DNA of 63,705 nt, filler included, from Octopus bimaculoides (Eukaryota): assembly GCF_001194135.2 (NCBI RefSeq). It is 6 parts of 6 records of this genome, joined end to end, with 100 filler letters (N's around TTAATTAATTAA, not from the genome) between each part and the next. Parts side by side here need not be neighbours in the genome. Positions count along the whole stretch, not along the records: positions 1 to 14,072 come from NC_069005.1; positions 14,173 to 34,059 come from NC_068985.1; 4 more parts are not named here. One strand, written 5' to 3'. Positions 1-14,354 of this stretch are shown here, piece after piece. The notes beneath the pieces are model-generated. The model was not told where the DNA came from, did not search any database, and saw only the letters and a program-made list of their open reading frames with translations. Each line of letters begins with the position of its first letter. Positions within the stretch are counted from its first letter, which is position 1. Position numbers and translations under genes: made by a program.

Positions 1-642
1 CGCACACATATATATATAGTAAAAAAATGGATGTGGAAGAAGGATTATGCTGCAAATTTACAATCACTGACACAGTAATGGCGTCGACACCATCGCTAAT
101 TTAGAAATGGTGATCCTTGGTAATGATAGCAAAATATCAGAATTTATGTTCACAAAATAAAAGAAATTAATTTATGGTTTTATTCTATTTTACTTATGTA
201 TTATGTTTTCATTGAAATTATTAAATATTGCAATCTTTTCGTGACATTTGACCCACTTTCTCTCTGTATGTATGTGTGTGCACGTGTTTGTGCGTGCGTG
301 TGTGTGTGTGTGTGTGTGTTTGTGTGTGTGTGGCTGTATATGTGTGCCGGTGTATGTGTGTCTGTATATATAGACTCACTTTATATCACACGTCTCTCTT
401 GTTGCCATTACACGTCCTTTGCGTATGTAGACTGTTTATCTTCGCTAATACTTTCAAATTTAAAGAGACGTTTCTGCAATGCTGGAGAAACAAACCGGTG
501 CCAAGTCGCTAAACATCTTTATAGGCTTCTCTCATTAAACACTACTTCATCGCAACGATATTCATCTCTTATTATGTTATATCTTAGAATCACAATTTCT
601 TGATTTGAAAGTAATAATTATGCGATTCTCATCGATTCTGCT

Positions 643-735
643 TGTGTTTGTCCCATAGTAACGCTTGGCAAGCGACGTTGTTTTATTTTCGTCTCCGTAA
701 CTTAGCATTTCGGTACAAACGACTGACAAGAAATG
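643..735 (+). mobile_element. Degenerate 3' part of SINE family A
   Basis: tgtgtttgtccc...gcttggcaagcga...ccgtaacttagc...cggtacaaacgactga aligns to the family A copies at 44290-44520, 52885-53065 and 54822-55045. Confidence 0.65.
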
Positions 736-2321
736 AATGAGGTAATTAATTATGGAATTAGAGGGTCATACGCGATTTTTTAAAACCTCATTTGCAGTGA
801 ATATGTACAGGCTATGCACGAAGGTGTTTCCGTATTTTTTTTAATGTCATAAACACTTTAAATTCTATTTATTCACTTCGCCCATCTTCATATGCTTAAA
901 TTATATTTGCATTAAATTTCTCTTTGATATTTTTCAATTTATAATGAATATTTATACCTTGGCAGCAAATATTTTTACATACTTGAATTCTCTTTTATCT
1001 GTCGTATATTCGTATTATAGAAAATATTATCAATATATGTATATATTCATTTTTAGATATACATATAGGTGGGTGTGTATGGGTGTGTGTAATATACATG
1101 TTGTATATATGATTCCGTTTCTCCTTTTCATTATATATATATATATNNNNNNNNNNNNNNNNNNNNNNNNNNNNNNNNNNNNNNNNNNNNNNNNNNNNNN
1201 NNNNNNNNNNNNNNNNNNNNNNNNNNNNNNNNNNNNNNNNNNNNNNNNNNNNNNNNNNNNNNNNNNNNNNNNNNNNNNNNNNNNNNNNNNNNNNNNNNNN
1301 NNNNNNNNNNNNNNNNNNNNNNNNNNNNNNNNNNNNNNNNNNNNNNNNNNNNNNNNNNNNNNNNNNNNNNNNNNNNNNNNNNNNNNNNNNNNNNNNNNNN
1401 NNNNNNNNNNNNNNNNNNNNNNNNNNNNNNNNNNNNNNNNNNNNNNNNNNNNNNNNNNNNNNNNNNNNNNNNNNNNNNNNNNNNNNNNNNNNNNNNNNNN
1501 NNNNNNNNNNNNNNNNNNNNNNNNNNNNNNNNNNNNNNNNNNNNNNNNNNNNNNNNNNNNNNNNNNNNNNNNNNNNNNNNNNNNNNNNNNNNNNNNNNNN
1601 NNNNNNNNNNNNNNNNNNNNNNNNNNNNNNNNNNNNNNNNNNNNNNNNNNNNNNNNNNNNNNNNNNNNNNNNNNNNNNNNNNNNNNNNNNNNNNNNNNNN
1701 NNNNNNATATATATTGTTTGCTTAACCATAAGAGTTATATTTGCTTGCTTACCTGTTTCTTTTGGGGTTTTTTTCATAAATTTCTGCAAAATGAATCTTG
1801 TTATTGATTATCTGATAGAACTGATTAGTTTTTAAACCAATTTCTTTTTTCAAGTACCTAATATACAGAAAGGTACGAGGCTAATCCTGTATTATCGCAG
1901 AACTTAAATGGATAACATTTCAGAAAATATTTTTAGCAAATTAGTCATGCTGTAAATGCAGAAAAAACCTTGTTGATTCTTCGAAGAGATATCCACTCCT
2001 AGCTATCGTACTTTGGAATATATTTTAGAGTTAGGATTTGCTTGATGTACATAAATTTATCTAAAAATCATTTAACGCTACTCAGATTCATTCAGTCAAA
2101 TAAAGCTAATTTCTTGTTCAATATCGATGTTTCAATCAATAGATTCACACATATTAAATGTAAACAGACACATAAATATAGAGAGATAGAAGCAGAAAGA
2201 TACACGAGAAGAACGCTTTGTTTTTGTTCTAATGTCTGCATATGTGCACATATTTTTGAATAATGTATGCATTCAACTAATGTAAATGATCAAATAAAGA
2301 ACTATATTTCTTTTAATGTTC

Positions 2322-2352
<31 letters not shown>

Positions 2353-2804
2353 CATATACACATACATAATAAGTACACACATACATACATTCATACATAC
2401 ATGCATACAGATTTACTGATATGATATATGCATTTAACTAATGTAAAATATTGAAAAACAAATGGACGCCTTTTTCGTTGCCATTGGTACAAAACCAACT
2501 CCAGTCTTTATAAATGAGAATTATGATGACGACTTTAACTTAATTCCGATAATGCTGAAAAGTGTTTATTGTAAATATGTTAATTATTTGTACAGTATTT
2601 TCTAATATATCATCATTAAGGACGGCATAGGCATGCCATTAAACTTATAGGGGTGTTTAAACATTGATCATATCCCTTGGCACTAGTTCAATCCCTCGAA
2701 ATGATTATCATGGTGATGACTTTAATAACATTATTCATAGTAAAGATAATATCGAGTATTCCTTCACCAAAGTTTACGAGGCTCTTCGCTTATATCTGCT
2801 CCTG

Positions 2805-2945
2805 TGCTGAGCTGGCATCTACTTTATTGATACTTACGAGATGAAAGGTAAAAATCGATTTCGGTGGAATTAGAAATCAGAAACTAGTGAGCTTAAATTC
2901 ATACCATAAAGTATTTTGTCTGTCAAACGCCGATGTGGCACCGGT
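2805..2945 (-). mobile_element. SINE family B fragment (tRNA-derived, Meta-domain-like core)
   Basis: gatgaaaggtaaaaatcgatttcggtggaatt matches the reverse complement of the family B core aattccgccgaggtcgactttgcctttcatc. Confidence 0.7.
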
Positions 2946-3700
2946 AACGTATAACACTTTATGCTATAACCAAAGAACGTAAAATTTTGCGTGAAGAGTG
3001 ATTTCATAGTGTCCGTGTTTTAAACTAATGCTTCTTTGATCTACACTAAACGGTGAAAGAAAACGTCAACCTTAGCAATATTTGACCTCAGAACGTAAAG
3101 TCCTGCGTGCAAACGATTCTTCATGCAACTTGTCAGTGAAAATATACGTGAATGTTTTTAACAGCGTATATTTTCATCTGGGTAAAATATATGGAAAAGA
3201 ATTAAGATCCTTTGATTTTGGTAATGTTATTTAAGAATTTAATCTAAAAACGTGTATTGAAACTATTATAAAATTTCTTCAGGCAAAGGAATGCTTCCTT
3301 TAGTGACACACTGGTGCTACCTTATTTTTTCCACGACTAACTAACACTTAGCTCTAGTTTGGCTAATAGCATTAGCAAAATCAGTATTATTATTCCGTAC
3401 AGCATTTCATGTAAAACTCCCTTTGGATATTATCATTAATATTTTTTTTTTTTTTATTTCCCAAAGTACATGTGACTTTCAGTTTCCACTGAGTTTCTTT
3501 TCCTCTTTCTTGTTCGTAATCTGTTTTATATGGCTTTCTGCTATTTGGCATGGAGAGACACTTTTTTCTCTCCTGGAGACCGAGAATCTATGTCGAACTC
3601 GACATAAACAAATGAATTTATAATATATGTTGCGAGAAAATGCTACTAAGCATTTTGTCTATCACGTGGATTATTGTGTCAAATTACCACATTAATAATG

Positions 3701-3760
<60 letters not shown>
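3701..3760. repeat. (AAT)n microsatellite
   Basis: Direct reading. Confidence 0.95.
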
Positions 3761-3762
<2 letters not shown>

Positions 3763-3769
3763 GATGCAG

Positions 3770-3946
3770 TACCAGGCAGTGAATTACATCGACCCCAGCG
3801 TTTCACTGATATTTAATTTATCGTTTCTGAATTGATGAACGGCAAAGTCGACCTCGGTGGAATTTGTACTCAAAATGTAAAGACGGACGAAATAACGCTA
3901 AGCAGTTCGACCGGCATGCTAACGATTCTGCCAGCTCACTGCCTTT
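3770..3946 (-). mobile_element. SINE family B
   Basis: ggcaaagtcgacctcggtggaatttgtactcaaaatgtaaag...ctaacgattctgccagctcactgcc is the reverse complement of the head seen at 47337 (ggcagcgagctggcagaatcgtt). Confidence 0.85.
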
Positions 3947-3961
3947 AAAAATAGTATGAAA

Positions 3962-4145
3962 TTTTTGCACAAGTCCACTAATATTTTGCGTGGGGCTGGG
4001 TCGATTACATTGATCTCACTGATCGACTACTACTTATTTTATTGATCCTGAAATGATGATATGCAAAGTCGATCTCGGTGGAATTTAAATTCAGAAGGTA
4101 AAGACAGACGAAATGTGAAAGCGCGCTTTGTCCGGCGTGCTTATT
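3962..4145 (-). mobile_element. SINE family B
   Basis: gcaaagtcgatctcggtggaatttaaattcagaaggtaaagacagacgaaatg core. Confidence 0.8.
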
Positions 4146-4738
4146 ATACAACAATGCATTTCTTTTGATGTACATATCACAAACCTTGCATTTCTGTAAA
4201 ACTGATGTGAGTCTACTGCATCGCTATAGCTAACATGACATATTTTTTTACCACTTTTTCAGCTTGCATCCTGGATTGTATGAGAAACAAAATTGATGCC
4301 GGCGTGATTAGAACCGAGAAAATAAGTAAATATCACAATATACTTTATCCAACATTTAAGATATTCTAATCGCCAATAGAACCTTCTGTATTATCAATAA
4401 ATATAAGAATATTTGTAAGTAAAATAACATGGTACATTATTTACCACAACATCCATTATTTTCATTCCTTATTCTTAAAAAAATAAGAGAATATTACATT
4501 CCATATCTCGTTCGAAAATCACATCGTTTATAGAAATAATTTCATTTTGCATTCCATTTATTTTCTTTTTACCTTCCTTTACTCTGAGAGATTTCATCCT
4601 GCCATTCATATCATATTTATAATTTCTTTCTCACACATCATTTTTTAATCTCCTTTTCATTCCATATGTGTGCGTGTGTCTGTGTATGTAGAGGTGCGCA
4701 TCCATACATATACATATATAATAGTTTATATGTATATT

Positions 4739-4770
<32 letters not shown>

Positions 4771-4851
4771 CGTGTGTGTGTGTGTGTGTGTGTAGATATA
4801 CATGTGTATATATATATGTGTGTATATATATATATATATATNNNNNNNNNN

Positions 4852-4916
<65 letters not shown>

Positions 4917-5245
4917 AACAGAGACAGAGACAGACAGAGAGATAGAGAGATAGAGAGATAGAGAGATAAATAGATAGATATAATTATACACACACATATT
5001 TACACACATTTGCATGAACGTGTGTATCCAAGAGTATCCCTGTATAGGTCAGTATGAGATTGCGTATTTGCGCTTCAATATAGTCATACATAAATATTGT
5101 ATTCATGTGTGTACGTATGTTTATGAACAGGCAAATAGATAGACACAGATATACATACACCCATAAAAAAATATTTATATGTATATATATATATATTTGC
5201 TTATGCTCATATGCATTTTTGTATATAAATTTACACACTCAAACA

Positions 5246-5286
<41 letters not shown>

Positions 5287-5922
5287 CTATATATATATAT
5301 ATATGTTTGTCCATGAGTTCTTGCTGAGATAAGATCCACTGGAGCGGAGCAGTGATAAATTTGATGGGTTAAAATATCAATTTTTCGAGAGCACACCGGA
5401 AAAAAAAAATATCCCCAAAAGCAAGATTCCATCGAGGGAAAATTGGAAAATCAGATTCGTTTAAGTGAAGAACAATTTAAGGAATTCTTGATGAAAGAAA
5501 ATAGAAATCACACGTAGAAGTCCCACAAAATATAAATAATTATAACAAGAAACATTAGCTAGCATGCATAAATATTTAAACGGCATTTAAATGTATCCAA
5601 AACATAACCAATGCTAAATGGCCCGAGAAATCATTTCTGAGTCAGGCATGAGAGGATTTTCATTTTATTTAACTTACGTATTTTGTTCTGCTTTTGGATG
5701 TATTTCAAATTAGCTATATAGTTTAGTTGTTGTTATTGATTATGTTGCTGTTTTTGTTTCGTCCACGTTAACTCTTATTGAGCTTCGATATGATCCATGT
5801 ATTGTACATTATGATTTGAGGGATTCTTAAGCTGTTATTTCTTCTGGCTCAAATGACAGCGCATGGTCTCACTTTTTGATCGTTACCTTTTACGTGCTTT
5901 TGTCGTTCCAATCTTTTCTAAT

Positions 5923-6030
5923 CTAGGCACAAGGCCCGAAATTTTCGATTAGATTGACCTCAGTACGCAACTGGTACTTACTTTTTCTACCCCGAAAGGA
6001 TGAAAGGCAAAATCGACCTCGGCGGAATTG
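5923..6030 (-). mobile_element. SINE family B fragment
   Basis: aggcacaaggcccgaaatt...ccccgaaaggatgaaaggcaaaatcgacctcggcggaatt. Confidence 0.8.
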
Positions 6031-6152
6031 CAGATTTTTTTTATTGCCTCAGATATTGTGATCATTGTTTCGGTGTGAATCAAGCATCTGCATTCTCTCC
6101 CCGAGAACCTATATTCTACCATGCTTTGCTTAAGGCGGATTGGTACTTATCT

Positions 6153-6329
6153 TGTTATGTCTCAACGCTACTGCTATCTAGCACCGTCGGATTATCCCTA
6201 CTCAACCGCTACACAACTGCTGTTCGACTGCTACTCCACTGCTACTCAACACTCCTACCATCGCCAAACTAACTCTATTTATATGTCTTGGGATATCCTA
6301 CTTCTTCGCCTGGGGGTGTCGACACAACA
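6153..6329 (+). mobile_element. Short solo-LTR-like element, 177 bp, TG...CA termini
   Basis: Starts tgttatgtctc and ends gtcgacacaaca (imperfect terminal inverted repeat); homologous to 43983-44097 and 46702-46770; flanks tatct | a-tatct (TSD offset by 1 nt). Confidence 0.6.
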
Positions 6330-7800
6330 ATATCTTGTTACTCCAATAATAATAAATATGAAACTAAAAGTTTATCATAGGTACTGGATTTGCAAACCCC
6401 TTTATCACTGATCCATAGATCTTGTATATTTCTAGTCAATGTGTCTTGTATGTTTGTAACCAAATTGGGCATGATAGTGTAGCAGATATCCAGAACAGAA
6501 AATATTTTTCCCTCTGCTCTCACACAAAACTAACATTTCGGTTATAACTTGGTGAGTGTTTTAATTTTTTAAGTTCCACCAATATTTTATTGATCTATCT
6601 GCATGTATGTATATGTGCGTATGTCTTAATACATTTATATTTCTACAGGTGTGTTTATGGATTTATGGCTTTACGTATTTGCACATTTGACGAACGGTTT
6701 TGTCCATGTTTTCTCTCTTTGTATCCTATTACCCTATACCTTAATGTTGTTGTGTGTCAAATATCTGTGAATAATGTAAGCAGCATGGCCGCAGCCAATG
6801 ACTGAATTGGGCAAAAAGAATAGACAATTGATCATCACCAAATTGTCATAAATTCTATTAGAAAGTTCAGCCATATACGTCTGATATTTTTCTTTATCTC
6901 CCGTTCCTTGTTGAAGCCCATTAAACATACAGTGGTATTGCATTAGAAACGGCCATTAAGCTGGGTCTGTTTTCAATGGCGTTTATTAGAGAGGAAACGT
7001 TAGAAATTTATTGTAGATTCACAGATATTAATGAATATATTTTCAGAAAGTATTCAATACCAATAACGATATCGAACAGTCACCTGTGAATATTGCAAGC
7101 AGAGAAACATTCCTGAAATGCTAATGGGGCCCACAGTGGTGAATATATAACGGGGTGTGAAAGAAACGTCGGGGAAAAAAAATTAAATAAAACGTTAAAT
7201 CTGATAGAGAAAGAAAAGAGATGACGACTGTGTGTTTTGTTTATGCGTATTTCAAAGAGTGAAATGGAGGAACAGAGAGCGTAGATACAGAGGGAAAGTG
7301 GATAAATAAAGAGAAAGAGAATTAGAGCGAGAGAGAGGTGGGGGAGAGCGAATATAAACGTAATATATAGAGGGAAAAATTAGGAATGGTTCTATGAATA
7401 TATTATTTCATCAAGCTTTATGTAACAACGTTTTAAATATTCAAATGGTTTTACATTTATATAATATCAAATATATTTCTGCATTTTTAGAGGCATGTAT
7501 GTATAAGTGTGTGTGTGTCTATGTGTGTTTCTACAAAGTCGTATAATCAGTGTATACTGAAATCAATATGTATTTATTGCATAATGCATATACACGTACA
7601 CATACATATACGCGATGTGCGTTTGTTTGTGTGTTTTTATGTATGTGAGTGTATGTGTCTGCGTTAATGTGTGTGTATGTGTGTGCAGCGTGATGATATG
7701 GCATATACACAGGAAAGACATTTATACGAGATAAAATCATGTTTACATATATATTAACAAATACATACATACATGCATATACATACACATATATCTGTGC

Positions 7801-7860
<60 letters not shown>

Positions 7861-8339
7861 GTAAGTATGTAGATACATATGTATAAGCATACATATATAG
7901 AATCGTATATACGTACATATAGATAGGTATGTAGATGCAAATATTTCAACACGTTCATTACATTTAATACATATAAGCATATTTATGTTCATAGATTCTT
8001 AATAAAATGAAATATTCAATGCAATATTCTCCCGAATATTCCACAGACTCCGCACCACACCTTACATTTCTAGCAAAGAGCATTGATTAAGGCATATCCT
8101 TCCCTTCAACATATGTTTCGCTTCCTCTCCATTTAACGATGGTGAGAGTTTTTCATAGAAACTTATTTCAAATACACACATGAATATATGTATATTTAAG
8201 TGTATGTATATAGGTATATGCGCATGCAAGTATANNNNNNNNNNNNNNNNNNNNNNNNNNNNNNNNNNNNNNNNNNNNNNNNNNNNNNNNNNNNNNNNNN
8301 NNNNNNNNNATATATATATATATATATATATATATATAC

Positions 8340-8580
8340 GAATGACATTCTGGTCGGAGACGACGTACGAGTGTTCTGTATATGCTGAGTCACCTGCGCA
8401 GGTGATTTGTTCACACAGACTAAAGGTGTGTGTTGTGCATTCCTTCCATCAAACCGAACTTGCCTGAACGGAAGCACGGTGCACCACCCGGCGTGTGTCG
8501 TAGTGATCACAGTCCATGCCAGGAATTGAAATCACAATATCGTGATTGTCAATGCAACATCTTAACTCCTAGATAGTATG
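8340..8580 (-). mobile_element. Degenerate SINE family C (tRNA head at right end)
   Basis: ccaggaattgaaatcacaatatcgtgatt...ttaactcctag resembles ccaggaatcgaaaccacaatcttatgatc...taactactaag at 58050-58100. Confidence 0.55.
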
Positions 8581-10654
8581 CCCTTACTCTCTCTCTCTCT
8601 ATCTCTCTATCTCTCTCTCTTCCTCTCTCTCTCAGCCTTTCTCACTCTCTATATATAGTTGCAGTTCGTGTATTCCGTTAAGCACGTATTAGAGTACAAA
8701 ATAGAGCTCATTAACCCTAAGAATTACCAGATAGACGACAGTCTAATAAAAATAATTTGTTAATCCACCACAGGTGTACCCAACAGGTTTCTAATTGAAT
8801 AATGAAGAGAAATTACATCTTTACAAATAAAACATTTTTAGCAGGTGAATACGTGCAACAGAACATTCAAAATCACTCGTAAGCCAAAAGCTTCTGCCAC
8901 TTCATGATTCTATGACCAGTACCAAGTGGCACAAACTGTTGGCTTTTGAATGTTGTGTTTCATGTATTCACCTGATGAAAACGTTTTTTTTCTCATGATG
9001 TAATGTTTTCATTGATACATTAAAAACTTGTTAGGAACAGCTCTGTTGGATTGGTATGTTATCCACCTAATTTTATTTATTATTCACCAGATTTGCAATA
9101 TATTCCTTGCCTGGATTTCACGTTTGTTAGAGACCGTACTTTAACTGCAATATGTGGTTCCTAGATTAGCCTTATGGCTCATGATATACTCATTCGGATA
9201 CAGTTATTCGTATGCATAAACTGAATATCTATTCGCTTGTATTTCGGTATGCGGATATGTATTCTTCTACTTTTGTTGTACACATTTTGTTGAGTCTTAT
9301 CATTTAAGTGCCTGATTCACTTGAATCCTGATCTACGATATAGACATAATAGGGGGATTTAGCAACCCCCACATTACATATCACATCCTCGTTAAAGCTC
9401 CAAAATACAGAGGACGGGGCACCAAATGAGAGCTCTGATTTGCTGTAATGCTAAGTATCATACAGTCCACAGATAACGTTTAGGAATGAAACCTTCTCTC
9501 TCTGCATACACGAGCAACAATTTACACTAAGAAACTTCAAAGAGGAACCACCACTCACGCCGCTAATTCCGCCAGGATAAATTCTTTCTTTCAAGTGAAC
9601 ATAGAATATGTACATCACGCGAACTCGACACATAGAAGAAATGCCCCCACCGTCCATGAATTCTCTCAGCACACAAGGATACGAACACGACATATTCCCT
9701 GAATATTATATAATGCAATGCAAAGAAATTCACCATTCAACACGTTTTTTTTTTCTTTCTAAAAAGTCAAACCTAACAGAGATAGTCACTCAAACGTTGT
9801 CATCCAAAAGTAGCAGCCCATCATTTCTTGTTTTCTTACTTGACATTTTCTGAATTCCCCAGACATTTCTCGAGACTGTTCGTGTTCTGATCGTAAATGG
9901 AGACGATAACCATTCCTCCATCTGATGGACTTGAAAAATTGTTAAGATAAAACGGTATTTTTCTGAACGTGAAATCAATGGTAGCTTTAATACACTAATA
10001 AAGACATTTTACCCAGCAATGCGGTGTAACCCAGGAAAAGCTATTATATGAGCATATGTGGAAGAAGTGGAGCGGGACACAATATTAGATTCGAACGAGA
10101 AGAGACACGTCGTGGCCACGATCTTGAATCCTGGAAGACGTGTAACATGGTCAAACTTTCTTTGACTGAACTCAATCCACATGTGTTAGTCGATTCCAAG
10201 CACTTGTGTGCGGTGTTTTATCGGCGTTTTTCTCAGCTGTTCAGGGCTATAGGGATTTAGAGAGTGGAGAACGTTGAGGGCCTACTTCGGAACTGAATAT
10301 GGTACGTGTTAACAAGCCTACTTTGAGCATGCAATTGTTAAATGGGAAACGAAGAGGGTTTCAGATTATATTCTTTGGTAATCAAGGTCATTATCATTGA
10401 ATGGTGTTTTCTTAATTTCACCTAAGATTCTCTCCTCATAGAATCGATCTTCTCTGAAGAAAATATTTGGTTAATTGTTTTATCCTGTCATGTATATATC
10501 TAATTTTATCTTTGTTATACACGACCTCTGTAACGAGCTCGATATGGTTGCAGCTTCATTTTCCATTGTCTTTGATTTCTTTGATCTCCCGTGTGTAATA
10601 AAGACACCATTATCATCTTCTTTTTCATATCATCATCATCTTGATCGTCGTCAG

Positions 10655-10687
<33 letters not shown>

Positions 10688-11145
10688 TATCATCATAGTC
10701 ATCGTCGTCGTCGTCCTCGCCGTCATCATCACCGTCATAATCGTCATCTATTGTAAGGACTTCCTTGGCCTCTCAAGAGGATAATATCATCCATGTGTTT
10801 ACTGCTATTATATGTTATGGATACTTTTATTTCGTTGTCCCATTATCCGATTTATTACCTTTAATGTATCATGCAACCGCCACCCCGCACGCACACACTG
10901 AGATTGTGAACTGTATTGGTAATATCTGATGTTCTTGTGGTAAATAAAAGAAATTATAACGATAATTAATTATTATTATTGTTATTGTAGTTTTGTTGTT
11001 ATCGTTGCTTTTCTTATTATTATTGTTATTGTTGTTGTATTTTTTGTTGTTGCTTTGTTATTGTGGTTGCTTTTCTTATTATTGTTATTATTATTATGAT
11101 TATGATTAATAATAGTATCATCATTATTATTATTATTATTATTAT

Positions 11146-11215
<70 letters not shown>
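11146..11215. repeat. (TAG)n microsatellite, preceded by (TAT)n
   Basis: Direct reading; source of the poly-I/poly-S ORF. Confidence 0.95.
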
Positions 11216-11216
<1 letters not shown>

Positions 11217-12187
11217 TTACTATCGCTATGTCAGCTAAGATAATATTTTTATCATTATTATTATTTTTATCATTAATATTTTTTTTCCTTTAATTATGCT
11301 ACCGGGAGATAATCCATTACACGCTTTGCTGAACATTAATTATTGCAAATAACGCCAATTATTATTCTTCCTCTCACAGGGATATAGATGACGCTAGTAT
11401 CACATTTTTCTTCAATTTATATTGGACGTCAATTTAATGGTCTTACTTTTCATACGTATCGTCTGTTTTTGCGTATGAGTGTCTACATAGATATGCGTGA
11501 TTGTGTAAGCAAGTAAGTAGGTTTTCTTCTGTGTTTATGTATTTCTATTGTTCATCTCAGGAAGGATCTGGTTTCTAACAAAGCTACAACGATCCATCGT
11601 TGGAATGTGGTTAAAGAAAACAATGTCACATTTTAAAATTAAGAAAATTATTGTACATTTTCACTGTTGCGCATACAGATTCTCTTTGTAACGTGCTTGT
11701 TGGTTGATTTCTTGTCTGAAAGTCGAAGACTATCCAGACGGTCAGGCATATGTCTGCATAGGCCTAGTGAAATATTCTGCAAAATCAATAAATAGTTTCC
11801 TAGTTATATACCAGGCATCATTATAGGCGAAATTGTTATAAACGTATCTCATTAAAATACTGATAGAAATATATACACACATACGCACATATTCTAAATA
11901 TGTATTGCATATATGTTTGAAGAATATTTAATAACATAATATATATANNNNNNNNNNNNNNNNNNNNNNNNNNNNNNNNNNNNNNNNNNNNNNNNNNNNN
12001 NNNNNNNNNNNNNNNNNNNNNNNNNNNNNNNNNNNNNNNNNNNNNNNNNNNNNNNNNNNNNNNNNNNNNNNNNNNNNNNNNNNNNNNNNNNNNNNNNNNN
12101 NNNNNNNNNNNNNNNNNNNNNNNNNNNNNNNNNNNNNNNNNNNNNNNNNNNNNNNNNNNNNNNNNNNNNNNNNNNNNNNNNNNNTAT

Positions 12188-12258
<71 letters not shown>

Positions 12259-12468
12259 ATACGCACATTATAAATGAAGGGAACGGAAAATGGAGTTGAC
12301 AAGAAAGTTTATTCAACACAACGATAGTGCCGCTGCATCATCCACCTGTCATTTACAGGTGGGTTGTTTTGCACAGTTAGTTGTGTTGCCTCTATCTTTG
12401 CGGGATGCTTCTCGTTATGTGCCACCTCTTAAATAAGATACTTTGTTATATGTACAGAGTTTCACTTG

Positions 12469-12517
12469 ACATCTCATACACATCCCGACATTTGCTTATC
12501 ACGTTCACAACTGGTAG

Positions 12518-12549
<32 letters not shown>

Positions 12550-12618
12550 ACATACACAATTGCAAGCGCTCTGTCAGTTGCCAATACATGCATACGTGTG
12601 TGTCTGCATTTATATGTA

Positions 12619-12677
<59 letters not shown>

Positions 12678-12807
12678 ACACACATATAATATATATATAT
12701 ATCTGTGTATGTACGCATGTGTGTGCACACCAGTTGTTGACAAGTTATCATGGCTGTACTAAAGGCGGCTAAAGTGATAAGCAAATGTCGAGATGTATAT
12801 GAGACGT
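12469..12807. repeat. Inverted repeat pair flanking (CA)n, MITE-like
   Basis: 12472-12502 versus reverse complement of 12774-12804 match at 29/31; 12507-12523 versus 12721-12737 are also complementary. Confidence 0.65.
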
Positions 12808-13174
12808 GTGGAAAGAAGTTGGGAAGGCGACAAACGTGTTGAAATATATTTCAAAATATGAACGGCAGCAAAATATGTTAAATATACGTATTAACGGAGG
12901 GAATATCCTCGCGGGAAAACCACTGATTGAATTGAACAGTAATGTCTAAACAGACAGCATCAGTAATTCGTTCTGATATCGGTCTCTCATCTTGTCAGAA
13001 ATTATCGATTCATAGATATTTACTAATACGATATTTGAAAGATATTATGGTGAATATTGCAGTTGATGTTTGTTGCTGTTGTTGCTGTTGCTGTTTAACC
13101 CACTTGCACTCCTTGCCTTTCATTTTGGACTACGAACCAAATAAGGAAAAGTTGGACCGAAATGAAATGTGAAT

Positions 13175-13259
13175 GAAGAAGAAGAAGAAGAAGAAGAAGA
13201 AGAAGAAGAAGAAGAAGAAGAAGAAGAAGAAGAAGAAGAAGAAGAAGAAGAAGAAGAAG
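13175..13259. repeat. (GAA)n microsatellite
   Basis: Direct reading; source of the poly-K/poly-F ORFs. Confidence 0.95.
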
Positions 13260-14072
13260 CTGATGATGAGGAAGAATTTGCTGCTGTTGTTGTTGATGAT
13301 CATCATCATCACCATTATGATACATAGAAATGAGGATAGAGAGAAGCAGGGGGAGGAAAAAAAGGGGTAGAAGAAGGGGGAGGAGTAGAAGATATTGTAA
13401 AGTAGATGATAAACAGAAGATTTTGCACTCAAATATGCTTGTTTAAAATTTTGGTGGACATACGGCTGGTTGTCTCTTGATAGCATACAGCCCTGTTTTT
13501 GACCGGTAACTTATCAGTTTTGGATAGTGAAAGACAACGTGAACCTGGGTTATATTTGAATTCAGAAAGCATACGCACACGTTCACATTTATGTGTTGAT
13601 ATATACATATAAACATTTGAGTGTGCATGTATGCATGTTCGTATGCATACAATTTAAATAACAAAAAAAGAAAGTATTACTACTTGAAATGGACAGTGAC
13701 ATACACTTGAATAATATTTATTAAAATAATTTTATAGCAAACATCATACAATAAAGATTCTTGATTAGAAATATACGAAGTGTTTTGACAATTGGAGAAA
13801 AGTTCAGGACATTTTCGTAATATCAATGAATATTACTGAGCCACAGTCACGTCTCCCCGGCTATCGTTTTATCCAGATGAAAATCTGATCGTTTTATAAA
13901 ATGCTCTCGCAGTTTTGGAGAATGTTCTCAGTTCATGAGATAATCTCTCCTTTCAGTTGAAGCTGTTATTTATTGACAATCGCTATTTCTGATGAGTTCT
14001 GTTGAGGCATGGATAATTCATAGTATCATGAGTTGACGTTGTATTGTATTTGCCATAATTTCAATAGCATAT

Positions 14073-14172
14073 NNNNNNNNNNNNNNNNNNNNNNNNNNNN
14101 NNNNNNNNNNNNNNNNTTAATTAATTAANNNNNNNNNNNNNNNNNNNNNNNNNNNNNNNNNNNNNNNNNNNN
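14073..14172. other. Artificial scaffold-joining linker (44 N + TTAATTAATTAA + 44 N)
   Basis: TTAATTAATTAA at 14117-14128 with exactly 44 N each side; it has stops in all six frames; the same layout recurs five times. Confidence 0.95.
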
Positions 14173-14354
14173 TATATATATATGTATGTATACATGTATG
14201 TATACATCTATATCAGTATGTATGTATATATATATATATATATATACATTTACATATATATACATGCTTGTATAAATATGTGTATATACATATATGCATA
14301 TACATTTACATGCTTATATACATATATATAGGCATGTATCTATATATATGCATT

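Noticed and set aside
944-1807. Long ORFs spanning N runs (also 17745, 27835, 39130, 49335, 50784 and others)
   Set aside because: Their length comes from undetermined bases; only the PLE-like parts of 27835-29658 are real.
13989-14030. CTGATGAG candidate hammerhead (also CTGATGA at ~54311 and ~8973)
   Set aside because: There is no correctly placed GAAA or NUH, and the stems do not close.
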